Assembly (NCBI GenBank): GCA_003645615.1
Contig: QNBE01000022.1
Coordinates: 1-22,936 of the forward strand
DNA length: 22,936 nucleotides
Source of the DNA: a candidate division WOR-3 bacterium
Lineage (GTDB): Bacteria > Hydrothermota > Tepidihabitantia > B36-G15
Direction: 5' to 3'
The notes beneath the pieces are model-generated. The model saw nothing but the letters and a program-made list of their open reading frames with translations. It had not been told where the DNA came from and did not search any database. The position numbers and the translations under genes were made by a program. Within the stretch, counting starts at the first letter, position 1. Each line of letters opens with the position of its first letter. Of the stretch, positions 8,447-17,180 are shown piece after piece.

Positions 8447-9251
8447 ACTCCCGATAATAGTTGGCAGCGATACCGAGATTTAAACAGAGCCTCAGGGATT
8501 TATATATCCTGAGGAAATCGGGATCGTTAAATTCAATCTCGACCCCTGAGGTCCGGCTTACCCCAGGTATGAGTTCAATCAAGTCAGCAATAAGAGTATC
8601 AGCCAGCCGAATCTTGATCTGATAGGGAGGAGGTGGGAGGATCGGTTTGATCCTATCTATCTTTACCACCGCTTTCTGAGCACACTCTTTTAGTTCCTTT
8701 CGCACCACCCCCGGTGGTCTAATCCGAGCCGAAAATCTTGAGATCCCATATTTGGTGACAACGAATTCGCAACCGGGATCGAGTTGTTCCTGGATCGAAC
8801 GGATAAAAGAGTCATCGCCACTCACCATGATCACCGGTTTCTTAAAATAGCCAGCGAGATAGGTGTTGATAAGGCCCTCATTAACGATCTTCCCGTTTAG
8901 TAGGAGTTCCTGAATCGTCCGCGAGGAGAAGGTGTGATCCATAACCGAACTTTGTAATCCGATCCCGCCGTGATAGGAGGCAAGGATAACTCCATCGACC
9001 AGTTCAACCCCCTCCATCATCCCAAGTGGTCTTGGTCCCCCCCGGATTAACTCACAGTGCTCCGGCAGAAGATCGGGTAGGATATTTCTTCCCCCGGCAT
9101 GGGCATCGGTTATGATAAGGGTGTGTTCCTTTAAACCAGAAGCGATGGCGATAACATCCTCGGTCATCATCCGCCTCTGGAATTCGGATGGTTCCTTCCA
9201 GTGGACGACTCCAGAGCCCCCTTCGTAATCGATTGAGATGAGGATCTTCAC
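8436..9251 (-). CDS. D-aminopeptidase DppA-like (peptidase family M55)
   Basis: '[15 protein letters not shown]' is the canonical M55 N-terminus. A GTG start at 9249-9251 forms a GTGA overlap with the thi4 stop. The longer ORF reaching 9428 is an in-frame extension through the thi4 3' end and is not taken as real. Confidence 0.7.
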   Translation of the reverse strand: MKILISIDYEGGSGVVHWKEPSEFQRRMMTEDVIAIASGLKEHTLIITDAHAGGRNILPDLLPEHCELIRGGPRPLGMMEGVELVDGVILASYHGGIGLQSSVMDHTFSSRTIQELLLNGKIVNEGLINTYLAGYFKKPVIMVSGDDSFIRSIQEQLDPGCEFVVTKYGISRFSARIRPPGVVRKELKECAQKAVVKIDRIKPILPPPPYQIKIRLADTLIADLIELIPGVSRTSGVEIEFNDPDFLRIYKSLRLCLNLGIAANYYREYGD

Positions 9252-10003
9252 CAGATCTTGGTAATGATCAGATCGGCGACCTTCTTGCCGGAGAGGAGCA
9301 TACCACCGAAGATCGGACCCATCCGGGGTCCGCCAAAGACCGCATTGACCGCCATACCACAGACATAGAGATTGGGATAGACCTCTCTGGTATTTTCCAC
9401 AATCAGTCGCTCCCCTACCTCGGCCCACATCGGACCCTCACCTTTTAAGATCTTCTGGTTTGTTTTTGACTCCAGTTTTCTCACCACCTCTGCGGGATGC
9501 CCGGTGGCATCGATGACAAAGCGGGCATCGATAGTAAGAGGGTCGATGTGGAGTCCTGCTCGTTCCACCGGAGTCCAGTTGATGACCACCCCACATACCT
9601 TATCCTCAATCACCTTAAGATCCTCAACGGTAATATTGTTGAAGATCTCAGCCCCGGCCTGGATGGCGCGGAGGGTGATCGCCGCAGTCGCCTCCAGGGC
9701 GGAGGCGAGATAATAACCCTCCCGGAACTCTCGACTCCGAATCTGGAAGTGGTCGAGAAGCTCCTTGGCCTCCTTCTGGACCACGATCTGGTTGAACATC
9801 ATCCCACCGCCGGGCATACCACCCCCGAGCTTCAATTCCCGCTCGAAGAGGGTAACCTTGAGCCCCTTCCTGGCAAGAAAATAGGCGGCCACAAGACCAG
9901 AAGGGCCAGCACCAGCGATGACCACATCGCTTGAGACAACCCGCTCCAACCTTTGGAGATACTCGGTGACGATTGCTCGGGTGATGATTTTCTCTTCGAT
10001 CAC
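9248..10003 (-). CDS. thi4: Thiazole synthase, Thi4 family (His-type, sulfide-dependent class)
   Basis: The dinucleotide-binding '[12 protein letters not shown]', the 'GGG' element and '[23 protein letters not shown]' are all present. A His sits at the position of the suicide Cys in yeast THI4. The length is 251 aa. Confidence 0.85.
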   Translation of the reverse strand: MIEEKIITRAIVTEYLQRLERVVSSDVVIAGAGPSGLVAAYFLARKGLKVTLFERELKLGGGMPGGGMMFNQIVVQKEAKELLDHFQIRSREFREGYYLASALEATAAITLRAIQAGAEIFNNITVEDLKVIEDKVCGVVINWTPVERAGLHIDPLTIDARFVIDATGHPAEVVRKLESKTNQKILKGEGPMWAEVGERLIVENTREVYPNLYVCGMAVNAVFGGPRMGPIFGGMLLSGKKVADLIITKIW

Positions 10004-11034
10004 GCGCCGTAGCTTTCCACCCGATTTCCGCCCAGCTCCTTACACCGGTAGAGGGCAACATCGGCGCAGTTGATCAGCGTCTCAACATCCCCACCATCCT
10101 CGGGGAAGCCAGAGATGCCCGCTGATATCGTCGTCTCTTCGACCGCTGGTGAACCGGGGAGGAAGTCATACTGATAGACGAGAGCGCGGATCCGGTCGGC
10201 CAGGATCTTGGCATCCCTCTTCCTGGTCTCGGGTAGAACGATGAGAAACTCATCTCCACCATAGCGGGCGACAAAGTCGACCCCCCGGGTATTCTCCTCA
10301 AGTAGTTTGGAGATCGCCTTCAGTAGTTCATCTCCCCTTAGGTGGCCATAGGTATCATTAAACCTCTTAAAGTTGTCGATGTCGATCATAATCAAAGAGA
10401 GATGACGTCGATAGCGGGCACAACGTTTCAGTTCTCGGGCAAGCTGGTTGTTGAGATATCTTCGATTGAAGACACCGGTCAGGCTGTCGAGCCAGATCGA
10501 ATGGCGGATCCGGGAATAGAAAGTATTGGGCTGGAGGAGATGTTCGACGAAGACGAAGGGATGGAGTTTTAAGACGTCCATCACCTCGAAACTGGTCATC
10601 TTCTTAGCTGGATAGAGACAGATGAAGACGAGCGGTATCCGGGGATCGGAGAGGAAGTCATCGAGCATGAGCTCATAGGGTTCTTCAACCGGTGATTTGA
10701 TGAGAACGAACACCCTCATCGCCCGGAAACCTTCGGCCATCACCCTCCTCACCTCGGTCTTGAGCCAGCTGATCAGCCGCTCGGTAGGTGGGACGCGGGT
10801 GGCAACCTCTAAGGAGTTGGGTGTCTTTTTCAGGAGGTCGGCAAGTTGTTCCCTAATAGTTTCGCCCATCTTCTTGGTTCCAAAGAAGTAGCACCGCTCA
10901 CCATCATTGATGCCCTCTCTAATGAGTGGGGTCACATTCTGGATGAGCTCCGAGCGATTTCGGAAGAGGTAGAGGCCATGGACCGGGAGCTCCAGTTCGA
11001 TGTTATGGTAACCGAATCGGACGAACTTCTTCAT
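10000..11034 (-). CDS. Diguanylate cyclase: GGDEF domain with an intact I-site, plus an N-terminal uncharacterised sensory-like domain
   Basis: The C-terminal 'LTGVFNRRY...[11 protein letters not shown]' forms the active GGDEF site, and RGVD lies 5 residues upstream of GGDEF (RxxD I-site). The N-terminal domain of about 170 aa is unassigned. The gene has a 4-nt overlap with the thi4 start. Confidence 0.85.
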   Translation of the reverse strand: MKKFVRFGYHNIELELPVHGLYLFRNRSELIQNVTPLIREGINDGERCYFFGTKKMGETIREQLADLLKKTPNSLEVATRVPPTERLISWLKTEVRRVMAEGFRAMRVFVLIKSPVEEPYELMLDDFLSDPRIPLVFICLYPAKKMTSFEVMDVLKLHPFVFVEHLLQPNTFYSRIRHSIWLDSLTGVFNRRYLNNQLARELKRCARYRRHLSLIMIDIDNFKRFNDTYGHLRGDELLKAISKLLEENTRGVDFVARYGGDEFLIVLPETRKRDAKILADRIRALVYQYDFLPGSPAVEETTISAGISGFPEDGGDVETLINCADVALYRCKELGGNRVESYGA

Positions 11035-11072
11035 CTCGGGATATTATATCCTGGTTCTGATTTCTGACAAGG

Positions 11073-11816
11073 TTATCCCTTGGAACCGAGGAATGGCCTG
11101 AGGAGTTCGATCGGGATGGGGAAGATGGTTGTGGAATTATTCTCGGTGGCGATAGCGGAGAGGGTCTGGAGGAAGCGGAGCTGGATCGCGGCGGGATTCT
11201 TGCTGATGATCTCGGCCGCCTCGGCCAATCTCTTGGCCGCCTGATATTCTCCTTCGGCATTGATAATCTTGGCCCGCCTCTCCCTTTCGGCCTCGGCCTG
11301 TCGAGCCATCGCCCGCTGCATCTCCTGGGGTAGATCGACATGCTTTACCTCAACCAGGGATACCTTTATCCCCCAGGGGTCGGTCTGCTCATCGATGATC
11401 CGCTGGAGCTTCTGATTCACCTTCTCCCTTTCTGAGAGGAGACCATCCAGTTCTGTCTCACCGAGGACACTTCTCAGGGTCGTCTGAGAAACCTGAGATG
11501 TCGCATAGAGATAGTCCTGGACCTCGATAACCGCCTTGGCAGCATCGATCACCCGGAAGTAGACGACCGCATTCACCTTGACCGACACATTATCTTTGGT
11601 GATGACGTCCTGAGGCGGAACGTCCATCGTTACTACCCTGAGGGATACCTTCACCATCCGGTCGATGATCGGGAAGAGGATGATAAGGCCTGGTCCCTTT
11701 ACCCCAACCAATCGACCGAGACGGAAGACCACGCCCCGTTCATACTCCCTCAGGATCTTGATCATACTCTGGAGTATGATCAGGATAAATATGATCAGGA
11801 ATACTGCCAGTCCCAT
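11073..11816 (-). CDS. SPFH/band-7 (stomatin/slipin-like) membrane protein
   Basis: An N-terminal TM helix is followed by '[14 protein letters not shown]...[37 protein letters not shown]' and a coiled-coil '[19 protein letters not shown]' typical of SPFH proteins. The RBS is AAGGAGG. No nfeD partner was seen. Confidence 0.85.
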   Translation of the reverse strand: MGLAVFLIIFILIILQSMIKILREYERGVVFRLGRLVGVKGPGLIILFPIIDRMVKVSLRVVTMDVPPQDVITKDNVSVKVNAVVYFRVIDAAKAVIEVQDYLYATSQVSQTTLRSVLGETELDGLLSEREKVNQKLQRIIDEQTDPWGIKVSLVEVKHVDLPQEMQRAMARQAEAERERRAKIINAEGEYQAAKRLAEAAEIISKNPAAIQLRFLQTLSAIATENNSTTIFPIPIELLRPFLGSKG

Positions 11817-11833
11817 TGCTCCTCCTTTGCAAT

Positions 11834-11862
11834 ATTTTATCGATTATCCATCTTCCTGTCAA
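11834..11862 (-). promoter_or_regulatory. Sigma70-type promoter on the minus strand: -35 TTGACA (rc of 11857-11862), 17-nt spacer, -10 TAAAAT (rc of 11834-11839)
   Basis: Read on the minus strand the region is TTGACAggaagatggataatcgaTAAAATattgcaAAGGAGGagcaATG. The hexamers are identical to those of the pil promoter. The ATTTTATCGAT motif (11834-11844) overlaps the -10 and spacer. Confidence 0.45.
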
Positions 11863-11931
11863 TGTATAGAGCTACTTACGAAGAGAATAAAGAGAGGTGA
11901 GAGATATGCAGGGGTAGTATCTTTGAGTTAT

Positions 11932-11953
11932 CCTCAGGTTCTACACCCTGAGG
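11932..11953. terminator. Hairpin (7-bp stem CCTCAGG/CCTGAGG, 8-nt loop) about 13 nt downstream of the FG-GAP gene stop; weak terminator candidate
   Basis: The inverted repeat is perfect. No clear U-tract follows on the transcribed (minus) strand, so termination is uncertain. Confidence 0.2.
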
Positions 11954-11965
11954 TGTCGGGAGGGA

Positions 11966-13639
11966 TTATTTCAGGATGAGGATCTTATGATGGATAGGCC
12001 CGGCCTCGGTCTCGATCTTGAGGAAGTAGATGCCCGGGGGTAGGGTGAACTGGAGATGGGGGGATGGGGAGAGGTGGTGGATCAATCGGCCCGAGGCATC
12101 GAAGAGGGTGAGATTGATTACATCAGCAGGCAGGGCTAAATTGATTAGACCATGGGAAGGGTTGGGATAGATTTTTAATTCCCTGAGTTTATGGGATTTC
12201 CGCTCTGATATCCCGACCCCGATGGCAAAGACAGAATCGGTAAAGTCCCAGCCCACACCTGGCCCATAGGCCCAGATCATGAGCATACATTGGGCTGAGG
12301 TTGTATCTGGAACTATCCAGTTATAAGTTGTCTCTGATGCTGGAATACCGGTCATGATAGTATCATAGGTATAGCCGCTGTCGGCTGAGAAGAAGAGTGA
12401 TAAAGAATCGCAGCCGGGAGGATCAAAGGTCCGCCATTTGATTTCAACCGTATCCCCGGGATTGAATACCTCACCACCATTGGGATATAACAGCCTCACC
12501 GCCTCGATCTCCCAGATCACCGTCTCGGTAGAATCATTGGGACCGGTACCATTGGTGCCCCCGGTCTCGATGATCTCCGGATAACCATTGCCGTTCAGGT
12601 CATAGACATAGACCCTGGTCTCGTTGTGCCAGTTATAGTCCGGATAGGCGGTAAAAATTCTCTGGAAGTTATTATTCCCAAATGCCTTGTAGATATACCA
12701 GTTGTCCTCGATCGCCCAGATGATCTCATCCTGACCATCAAGGTCAACATCACCGCAATAGCTGCCCCGGCCCACCCCAAGATTGTAGGGCCGATAGATG
12801 ATATCTGAGGTATAACTTACTTCATAGTCATTATCCCCCACCGCCTCGTAGACCCGAAACTGATAGGCACGGGAACCACCAACCCCAGGCGCCGAACTGA
12901 TGATGAACTCTAACTTACCATCCTGATCCAGATCATTGCCGAAGAAGATATCGTGGGAATTGCTTGGATTATCCAATTGAGAGATCGGCCGATATCGGTT
13001 ATCCCCACAACATTCATACACCCAGGAGCCGCCACCGACATTTCCGGATGGAAACTCTATCAAGCCATCGCCATCAAAGTCACCGGAGGTGAAGTTATAA
13101 TTGCTTCCGAGGACAGTATCCCAGACCAATACATAACTATTGTCACCGTAATTTTCATAAACATAAATTCCTCCCAGAGCATTAGAAAACAGAAAATCCA
13201 TCCTTCCATCCTGATCTAAATCGGCGACATGGATGCCACCAAACGCAAAATAAGTAGAATCTGAGCTCCAGACCTGTCTGGTAGGATAGGAATCTGGTGA
13301 AGGAGACTCTAAGACATAAAAATGGCCGCCTCCCCAGGCCAGAAGATCACTTTTGTCATCATTATCAAAACTACCGAGGTTAATGAAGATATAATCTCTT
13401 ATTGAATCACCCACCAAGAAATAATGATTAAAGTTTTTATATTCCCATATACGGATAACCGCAGGCTGAAGATAGCGATAAGGATGGTAATATATTTCAG
13501 GAAATCCATTGTGATTGGCATCATACCCTTTAATAGGAAGAATCGTAACCGAAGTTCCTCCCTCAGGTAGATAACCAATCCGCTTGTAATTCTGACCATT
13601 AACCACCACCCATAAGATGACTAAAAGGATAATTCTCAT
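11966..13639 (-). CDS. Secreted FG-GAP/VCBS-repeat (integrin-alpha-like beta-propeller) protein with a T9SS C-terminal sorting domain
   Basis: The signal peptide is 'MRIILLVILWVVVNGQ', with the start placed at the ATG 13637-13639 behind an AGGTGGA RBS. There are repeated 'DxDxDGxxE/D' FG-GAP-like units ('DLDQDGRMDF', 'DFDGDGLIEF', 'DLDQDGKLEF', 'DVDLDGQDEI', 'DLNGNGYPEI'). The C-terminal 'KIYPNPSHGLINLALPADVINLTLFDASGRLI...GIYFLKIETEAGPIHHKILILK' matches a Por/T9SS type-A CTD. Confidence 0.75.
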   Translation of the reverse strand: MRIILLVILWVVVNGQNYKRIGYLPEGGTSVTILPIKGYDANHNGFPEIYYHPYRYLQPAVIRIWEYKNFNHYFLVGDSIRDYIFINLGSFDNDDKSDLLAWGGGHFYVLESPSPDSYPTRQVWSSDSTYFAFGGIHVADLDQDGRMDFLFSNALGGIYVYENYGDNSYVLVWDTVLGSNYNFTSGDFDGDGLIEFPSGNVGGGSWVYECCGDNRYRPISQLDNPSNSHDIFFGNDLDQDGKLEFIISSAPGVGGSRAYQFRVYEAVGDNDYEVSYTSDIIYRPYNLGVGRGSYCGDVDLDGQDEIIWAIEDNWYIYKAFGNNNFQRIFTAYPDYNWHNETRVYVYDLNGNGYPEIIETGGTNGTGPNDSTETVIWEIEAVRLLYPNGGEVFNPGDTVEIKWRTFDPPGCDSLSLFFSADSGYTYDTIMTGIPASETTYNWIVPDTTSAQCMLMIWAYGPGVGWDFTDSVFAIGVGISERKSHKLRELKIYPNPSHGLINLALPADVINLTLFDASGRLIHHLSPSPHLQFTLPPGIYFLKIETEAGPIHHKILILK

Positions 13640-13647
13640 ATAGATTC

Positions 13648-13680
13648 CACCTGGGAGAGGATTAAAACCTCTCCCAGGTG
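13648..13680 (-). other. Perfect 13-bp stem / 7-nt loop RNA hairpin in the 56-nt spacer between the two T9SS cargo genes, overlapping the downstream gene's Shine-Dalgarno
   Basis: On the + strand CACCTGGGAGAGG-attaaaa-CCTCTCCCAGGTG. On the mRNA the 3' arm ends ...CCAGGUGgaaucuauAUG, so the SD AGGUGGA is partly inside the stem. Confidence 0.5.
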
Positions 13681-13695
13681 TTGTCTTTCTTGCAC

Positions 13696-16686
13696 TCAAC
13701 GCCTGAGAACCACTTTCTTTGCGGCACTTCTACCCGCTGTCTCAAGAATCAAGAAATAGATACCGGAGGCAAGCCTTTCCGGGAGAATCAAGGATAGCTT
13801 CTGTTTGCCAGCAGAGAGCTTTCTATCATGGAGGACCGCAACCCTTCTACCGGTGAGATCGAAGAGGTTGATCCTGACCAGAGAAGGGGTAGAGAGTGAG
13901 AAGGTGATAGAGAGTCTGCCCCTGGTCGGATTGGGACCGATTTGGAGTCTGGGAGCCAGAGAAGCCTCTTTGCCGCCAGACTGACCACCACCGCCTCTGG
14001 ATTTATGGTCAAGACAGAGTAGAACCAGACCAGCGTTTGCCGCAAATGGACCTTCCGCATTCCGGAATTCAATTCTCGCTTTCCGATCCTTAGCATAGGA
14101 CTCGTAGGGGATCTGGACGATGGTAGTCTCCAGCCGATTCGGCTCGAACTTGAACTCACCAACCAGCTCACCATCAATGAACCAGACCTCTTTTCTTGAT
14201 TTCCCTTCGTGATAGGAAACAGCGATAAGATAGTAATCATAGATCGGATCCAGGAAGGAGAGTTCGTAGATCAGTTCCTTGAAATCAAAGTCGATCCGGT
14301 GTTTCCCATATTCCTTTATCCCCTGACGCTGGATCAGGAAGGGGGACGGTTCAGGGTTTCCTGCCTCAACCGAATACCAGCTCGCCTCACCAGCAAGGGG
14401 CAGGAAAAATCTCCGATCCGACAGGATCTGAAAGGGTCTTCCTAGAATTTCTTCAGTCCAGATGGTGTAGAGGTAGAAACCACCAAGGTCTGGACGGATC
14501 GCAGTATGAGGATAGTAGGATTCAAGATAATCACTCTGGTAGATCCAGCCGGAGCCGAAGTTGTAGGAGAAGTAACGGATATCGAAGTCCCACTGCTCGG
14601 GATCGCGTTCGGACCAGACCGCAAGCTCATAACTGGCGGTAGGATAATTGGAATCCTCACCTGTGTTGCTGATATTGTCAGGCAGGGCTGTCCACTGACC
14701 GGTGGAGAGATCCCTTATCCTCCGGTAGATGTCACCGGCCTCGGTCCAGACCACATAGGCGTAATTCCCCCAGACCTCAATGAAGGGGTGGTGGGAAGGG
14801 ACGATGGGGTATCCGGAGACAGGGTCATATTGATCCCAATAGTTATCCGGATACCACCTTCGCCGTGCATACATTATGCTATCTCCGTCCTGCCAGACCG
14901 CATGGACCGCCCGATTGCCATCGTATTGGATCGAGGGAGTGTAGAGTGGAACAAGATTTGGTGAGGTGGATTGGCGAACGATGTCAAAATTTATATTATT
15001 CGGATTGGTCTCATCGAAGCGAAATCTCGCACACTTAATCCAGCTCTCAGTTTCCGAATTCTCAGCGAAGATGACAAAGACGGTATCCTCAACCGCGGTT
15101 ACCGCTGGTGGATCGAGATCGTTCTGGGAGGTATATACTGGCAACGGATCAGACCAGGTCTGGAAGAATGGGTCGTAGTAGCGGTAGTAGATTGTATCGG
15201 TAGTCGATGGATCTTCATTGAGGTAGACCAGAGGCACCGGGATCGGAAAGACCGGACTGCTCCAGTTACCGACCGCGGGATAACGACCATAGTTGAGCCA
15301 GGTATAAGAAGACCAGTGCTCACCACCATCGGCCGACTGAGCAAAGTACACCCAGTTCCGATCATGCTGACCACTACCATCCGGAGCAAAATCGGTCTGA
15401 TAGGTGAGATAGAGCTCCTCACCGAATCTCCGGGTGAGATGACGACCATTGTTGTGATCGGTCGCGGTGAACGTACCGGAATAGAGAGCATTACGGCTGG
15501 CAACATAACCGAGATAGTCATTCTCATTAGAGGGAGAGACCTGAAACACAACATGGCGGCCGAAATAGCTGGAAAAAGAACCCAGTTGATCGAACGTGGC
15601 ATAGGTCTGAACTGCAATTACCGTTTCCGGACTCCAGACTCCACTCTCATCGCTCCGGAACCGATAATAGAGATAGCCATCGCATCCGTAGATGAAGTTG
15701 ACCCCTCCCCTCGTCGCATCATAGTTAAGATGCTCATCTGAAGTCGGTACACCGGCCGGACCGAAGAAAGAGAAATCACTCCATCCTTGACCATGGTCGG
15801 TTGATCGACAGTAACAGGACTTGTCATCATAGTGGGGATAGTCCCTATCTTCACGGAAGGCAAGATGGAGAACCGATTCATCAGGGCCCTTATCAAACGC
15901 TGAAGGATAGAGGGGACCATAAGAGGAGTTGTATATCCAGTTGCCCACCCACTGATTCTGATCGTTCTTGCGCAGATGGACAAGGACCCCAATTCCAACA
16001 AAGCGCCAAGCACAGACGACATGGGGGGTATCCTGCCCAGCTTCATTAAGAGTAATTATTTCGGAAAATTGAGAGAGATAGGGGTCGGAGAGGACAACCT
16101 CATATGGGGATAACCACGAGCCAGAAGAGACATCGAAGACCGTATAGCCGATTTGGGGTGTGCCAGAGACATTGTAATTGTAAAAAGTGAGATAGAACCT
16201 GGAATCCTCACCCCATAGTGAAGGGTAGTAAGGAACAGGAGAAAGAGGTAACTGGATATCATCATTGATCAGGTCGATCGTCCAGGTCCACCCCCAGTCG
16301 GTGGAATAACCAAACCACAACTGATAATAACCAGTCAAAGGGTCACGTTGGCTCCAAGACGCAGCAATCAGTGAGAAAGTCCATCCACCTCGGATTAGGT
16401 CGTAATATTCGTGTACCTCAACGTTGGGATTGGAGATCAGACAGGACCAACCCCAGTGAAAACCAGCATCATCGGAAGAGCGGAACCAGAGTTCACGATA
16501 GCCATCATGTTCCTTTAGGAATCCCTGGTAAAGGAGATGAGAATGCATAGGCGGAAAAAGATTTCCACTTAGAACCGGAGATTTTTGACTCAGAGCACTC
16601 GGGAATCGTTGCCACTGATCCCAGCCCTGGGGTGGAAGGGCCAGAACTACACCCCAGCTTAAAAGGATCAATAACTTCCTTAACAT
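13696..16686 (-). CDS. Secreted BNR/Asp-box repeat (sialidase-like beta-propeller) protein, W/Y-rich, with a T9SS C-terminal sorting domain
   Basis: The signal peptide is 'MLRKLLILLSWGVVLALP' and the RBS is GGGAGG. Asp-box motifs S-x-D-x-G-x-T/x-W are present: 'STDWGWTW', 'STDHGQGW' and 'SADGGEHW'. The C-terminal 'LQIGPNPTRGRLSITFSL...VRINLFDLTGRRVAVL...GIYFLILETAGRSAAKKVVLRR' matches a T9SS CTD. The protein is 996 aa. Confidence 0.75.
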   Translation of the reverse strand: MLRKLLILLSWGVVLALPPQGWDQWQRFPSALSQKSPVLSGNLFPPMHSHLLYQGFLKEHDGYRELWFRSSDDAGFHWGWSCLISNPNVEVHEYYDLIRGGWTFSLIAASWSQRDPLTGYYQLWFGYSTDWGWTWTIDLINDDIQLPLSPVPYYPSLWGEDSRFYLTFYNYNVSGTPQIGYTVFDVSSGSWLSPYEVVLSDPYLSQFSEIITLNEAGQDTPHVVCAWRFVGIGVLVHLRKNDQNQWVGNWIYNSSYGPLYPSAFDKGPDESVLHLAFREDRDYPHYDDKSCYCRSTDHGQGWSDFSFFGPAGVPTSDEHLNYDATRGGVNFIYGCDGYLYYRFRSDESGVWSPETVIAVQTYATFDQLGSFSSYFGRHVVFQVSPSNENDYLGYVASRNALYSGTFTATDHNNGRHLTRRFGEELYLTYQTDFAPDGSGQHDRNWVYFAQSADGGEHWSSYTWLNYGRYPAVGNWSSPVFPIPVPLVYLNEDPSTTDTIYYRYYDPFFQTWSDPLPVYTSQNDLDPPAVTAVEDTVFVIFAENSETESWIKCARFRFDETNPNNINFDIVRQSTSPNLVPLYTPSIQYDGNRAVHAVWQDGDSIMYARRRWYPDNYWDQYDPVSGYPIVPSHHPFIEVWGNYAYVVWTEAGDIYRRIRDLSTGQWTALPDNISNTGEDSNYPTASYELAVWSERDPEQWDFDIRYFSYNFGSGWIYQSDYLESYYPHTAIRPDLGGFYLYTIWTEEILGRPFQILSDRRFFLPLAGEASWYSVEAGNPEPSPFLIQRQGIKEYGKHRIDFDFKELIYELSFLDPIYDYYLIAVSYHEGKSRKEVWFIDGELVGEFKFEPNRLETTIVQIPYESYAKDRKARIEFRNAEGPFAANAGLVLLCLDHKSRGGGGQSGGKEASLAPRLQIGPNPTRGRLSITFSLSTPSLVRINLFDLTGRRVAVLHDRKLSAGKQKLSLILPERLASGIYFLILETAGRSAAKKVVLRR

Positions 16687-16856
16687 CGCTACCTCCCTTT
16701 TGAAGGATTAACAACCGCCCACCGTTGGATAGTATGGTTACCCTTCAACCGGCCTCCTCAGGGGACCGGTAGGAGGTAGCCTCCGATCGTCTCTCCTGAA
16801 GGATTGATCCACTCCCGACGTATAATCCTCCGAGAGAGAGGTTATCATAGTATCTT

Positions 16857-16884
16857 ATTATATCCACCTTTCCCAAAAGATCAA
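16857..16884 (-). promoter_or_regulatory. Sigma70-type promoter on the minus strand for the BNR gene: -35 TTGATC (rc of 16879-16884), 16-nt spacer, -10 TATAAT (rc of 16857-16862)
   Basis: The -10 is perfect. The predicted leader is about 165 nt and contains a CCTCCT-N12-AGGAGG hairpin at 16750-16773. Confidence 0.45.
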
Positions 16885-16933
16885 GCGATTCGCTATCTGG
16901 CTTCTCTCCACTTTTTATCTTGAAATTTAGCGG

Positions 16934-16944
16934 ATTTTATCGAT
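16934..16944. promoter_or_regulatory. Copy A of the conserved 11-mer ATTTTATCGAT (perfect palindrome TTATCGATAA at 16937-16946), about 85-95 bp upstream of the predicted BNR-gene transcription start
   Basis: The identical 11-mer recurs at 17181-17191 and 11834-11844, and a 10/11 copy lies at 2833-2843. All four are in promoter regions. The palindromic core suggests a dimeric DNA-binding protein site. Confidence 0.4.
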
Positions 16945-17180
16945 AAGATTAGGCAATGGTAGTGATTTTCTCGAATCCGAGCCAATGAGAGGAATTTGCG
17001 TCAATATTCTCTTTTGGCCTACACCTTCTGATCCAGATCGTCTCTCTTTCCACATTAACTTCAAAATAAGGTGAATCTGGTAGTTGAGTATCTCTCTTCC
17101 GGGGATCATCTTAAGGAAAGGTCACGAAAAGTGGAGAGGAGACAGAGTGTTACAGTGGTAACAATATAATTGCTTAGAGT

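Noticed and set aside
9252-9428. N-terminal extension of the DppA ORF ('[14 protein letters not shown]...') overlapping the thi4 3' end
   Set aside because: M55 peptidases start at the (M/V)KI(L/Y)IS motif, which coincides with a GTGA-coupled GTG at 9249-9251. The extension is Gly/Arg-rich and overlaps thi4 by about 180 nt.
13640-13699. 20-aa N-terminal extension of the FG-GAP protein ORF ('MSARKTTPGRGFNPLPGGIY')
   Set aside because: The internal Met at 13639 begins a classic signal peptide and has an AGGTGGA RBS. The extension would code through a perfect 13-bp hairpin.
14971-15741. 256-aa + strand ORF, with further + and - ORFs at 14506-14964 and 15099-15617
   Set aside because: It is antisense or out-of-frame within the BNR/Asp-box gene. 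It is R/I-rich with no signal peptide or motifs, so it is spurious.
16971-16978. TCGAATCC, resembling a tRNA T-loop
   Set aside because: There is no flanking T-stem, acceptor stem or D-arm complementarity on either strand, so it is not a tRNA.
16927-17109. 60-aa minus-strand ORF in the long intergenic region
   Set aside because: It has no RBS, a lysine/arginine-rich low-complexity sequence, and a position between divergent promoters. It is probably not expressed as protein.
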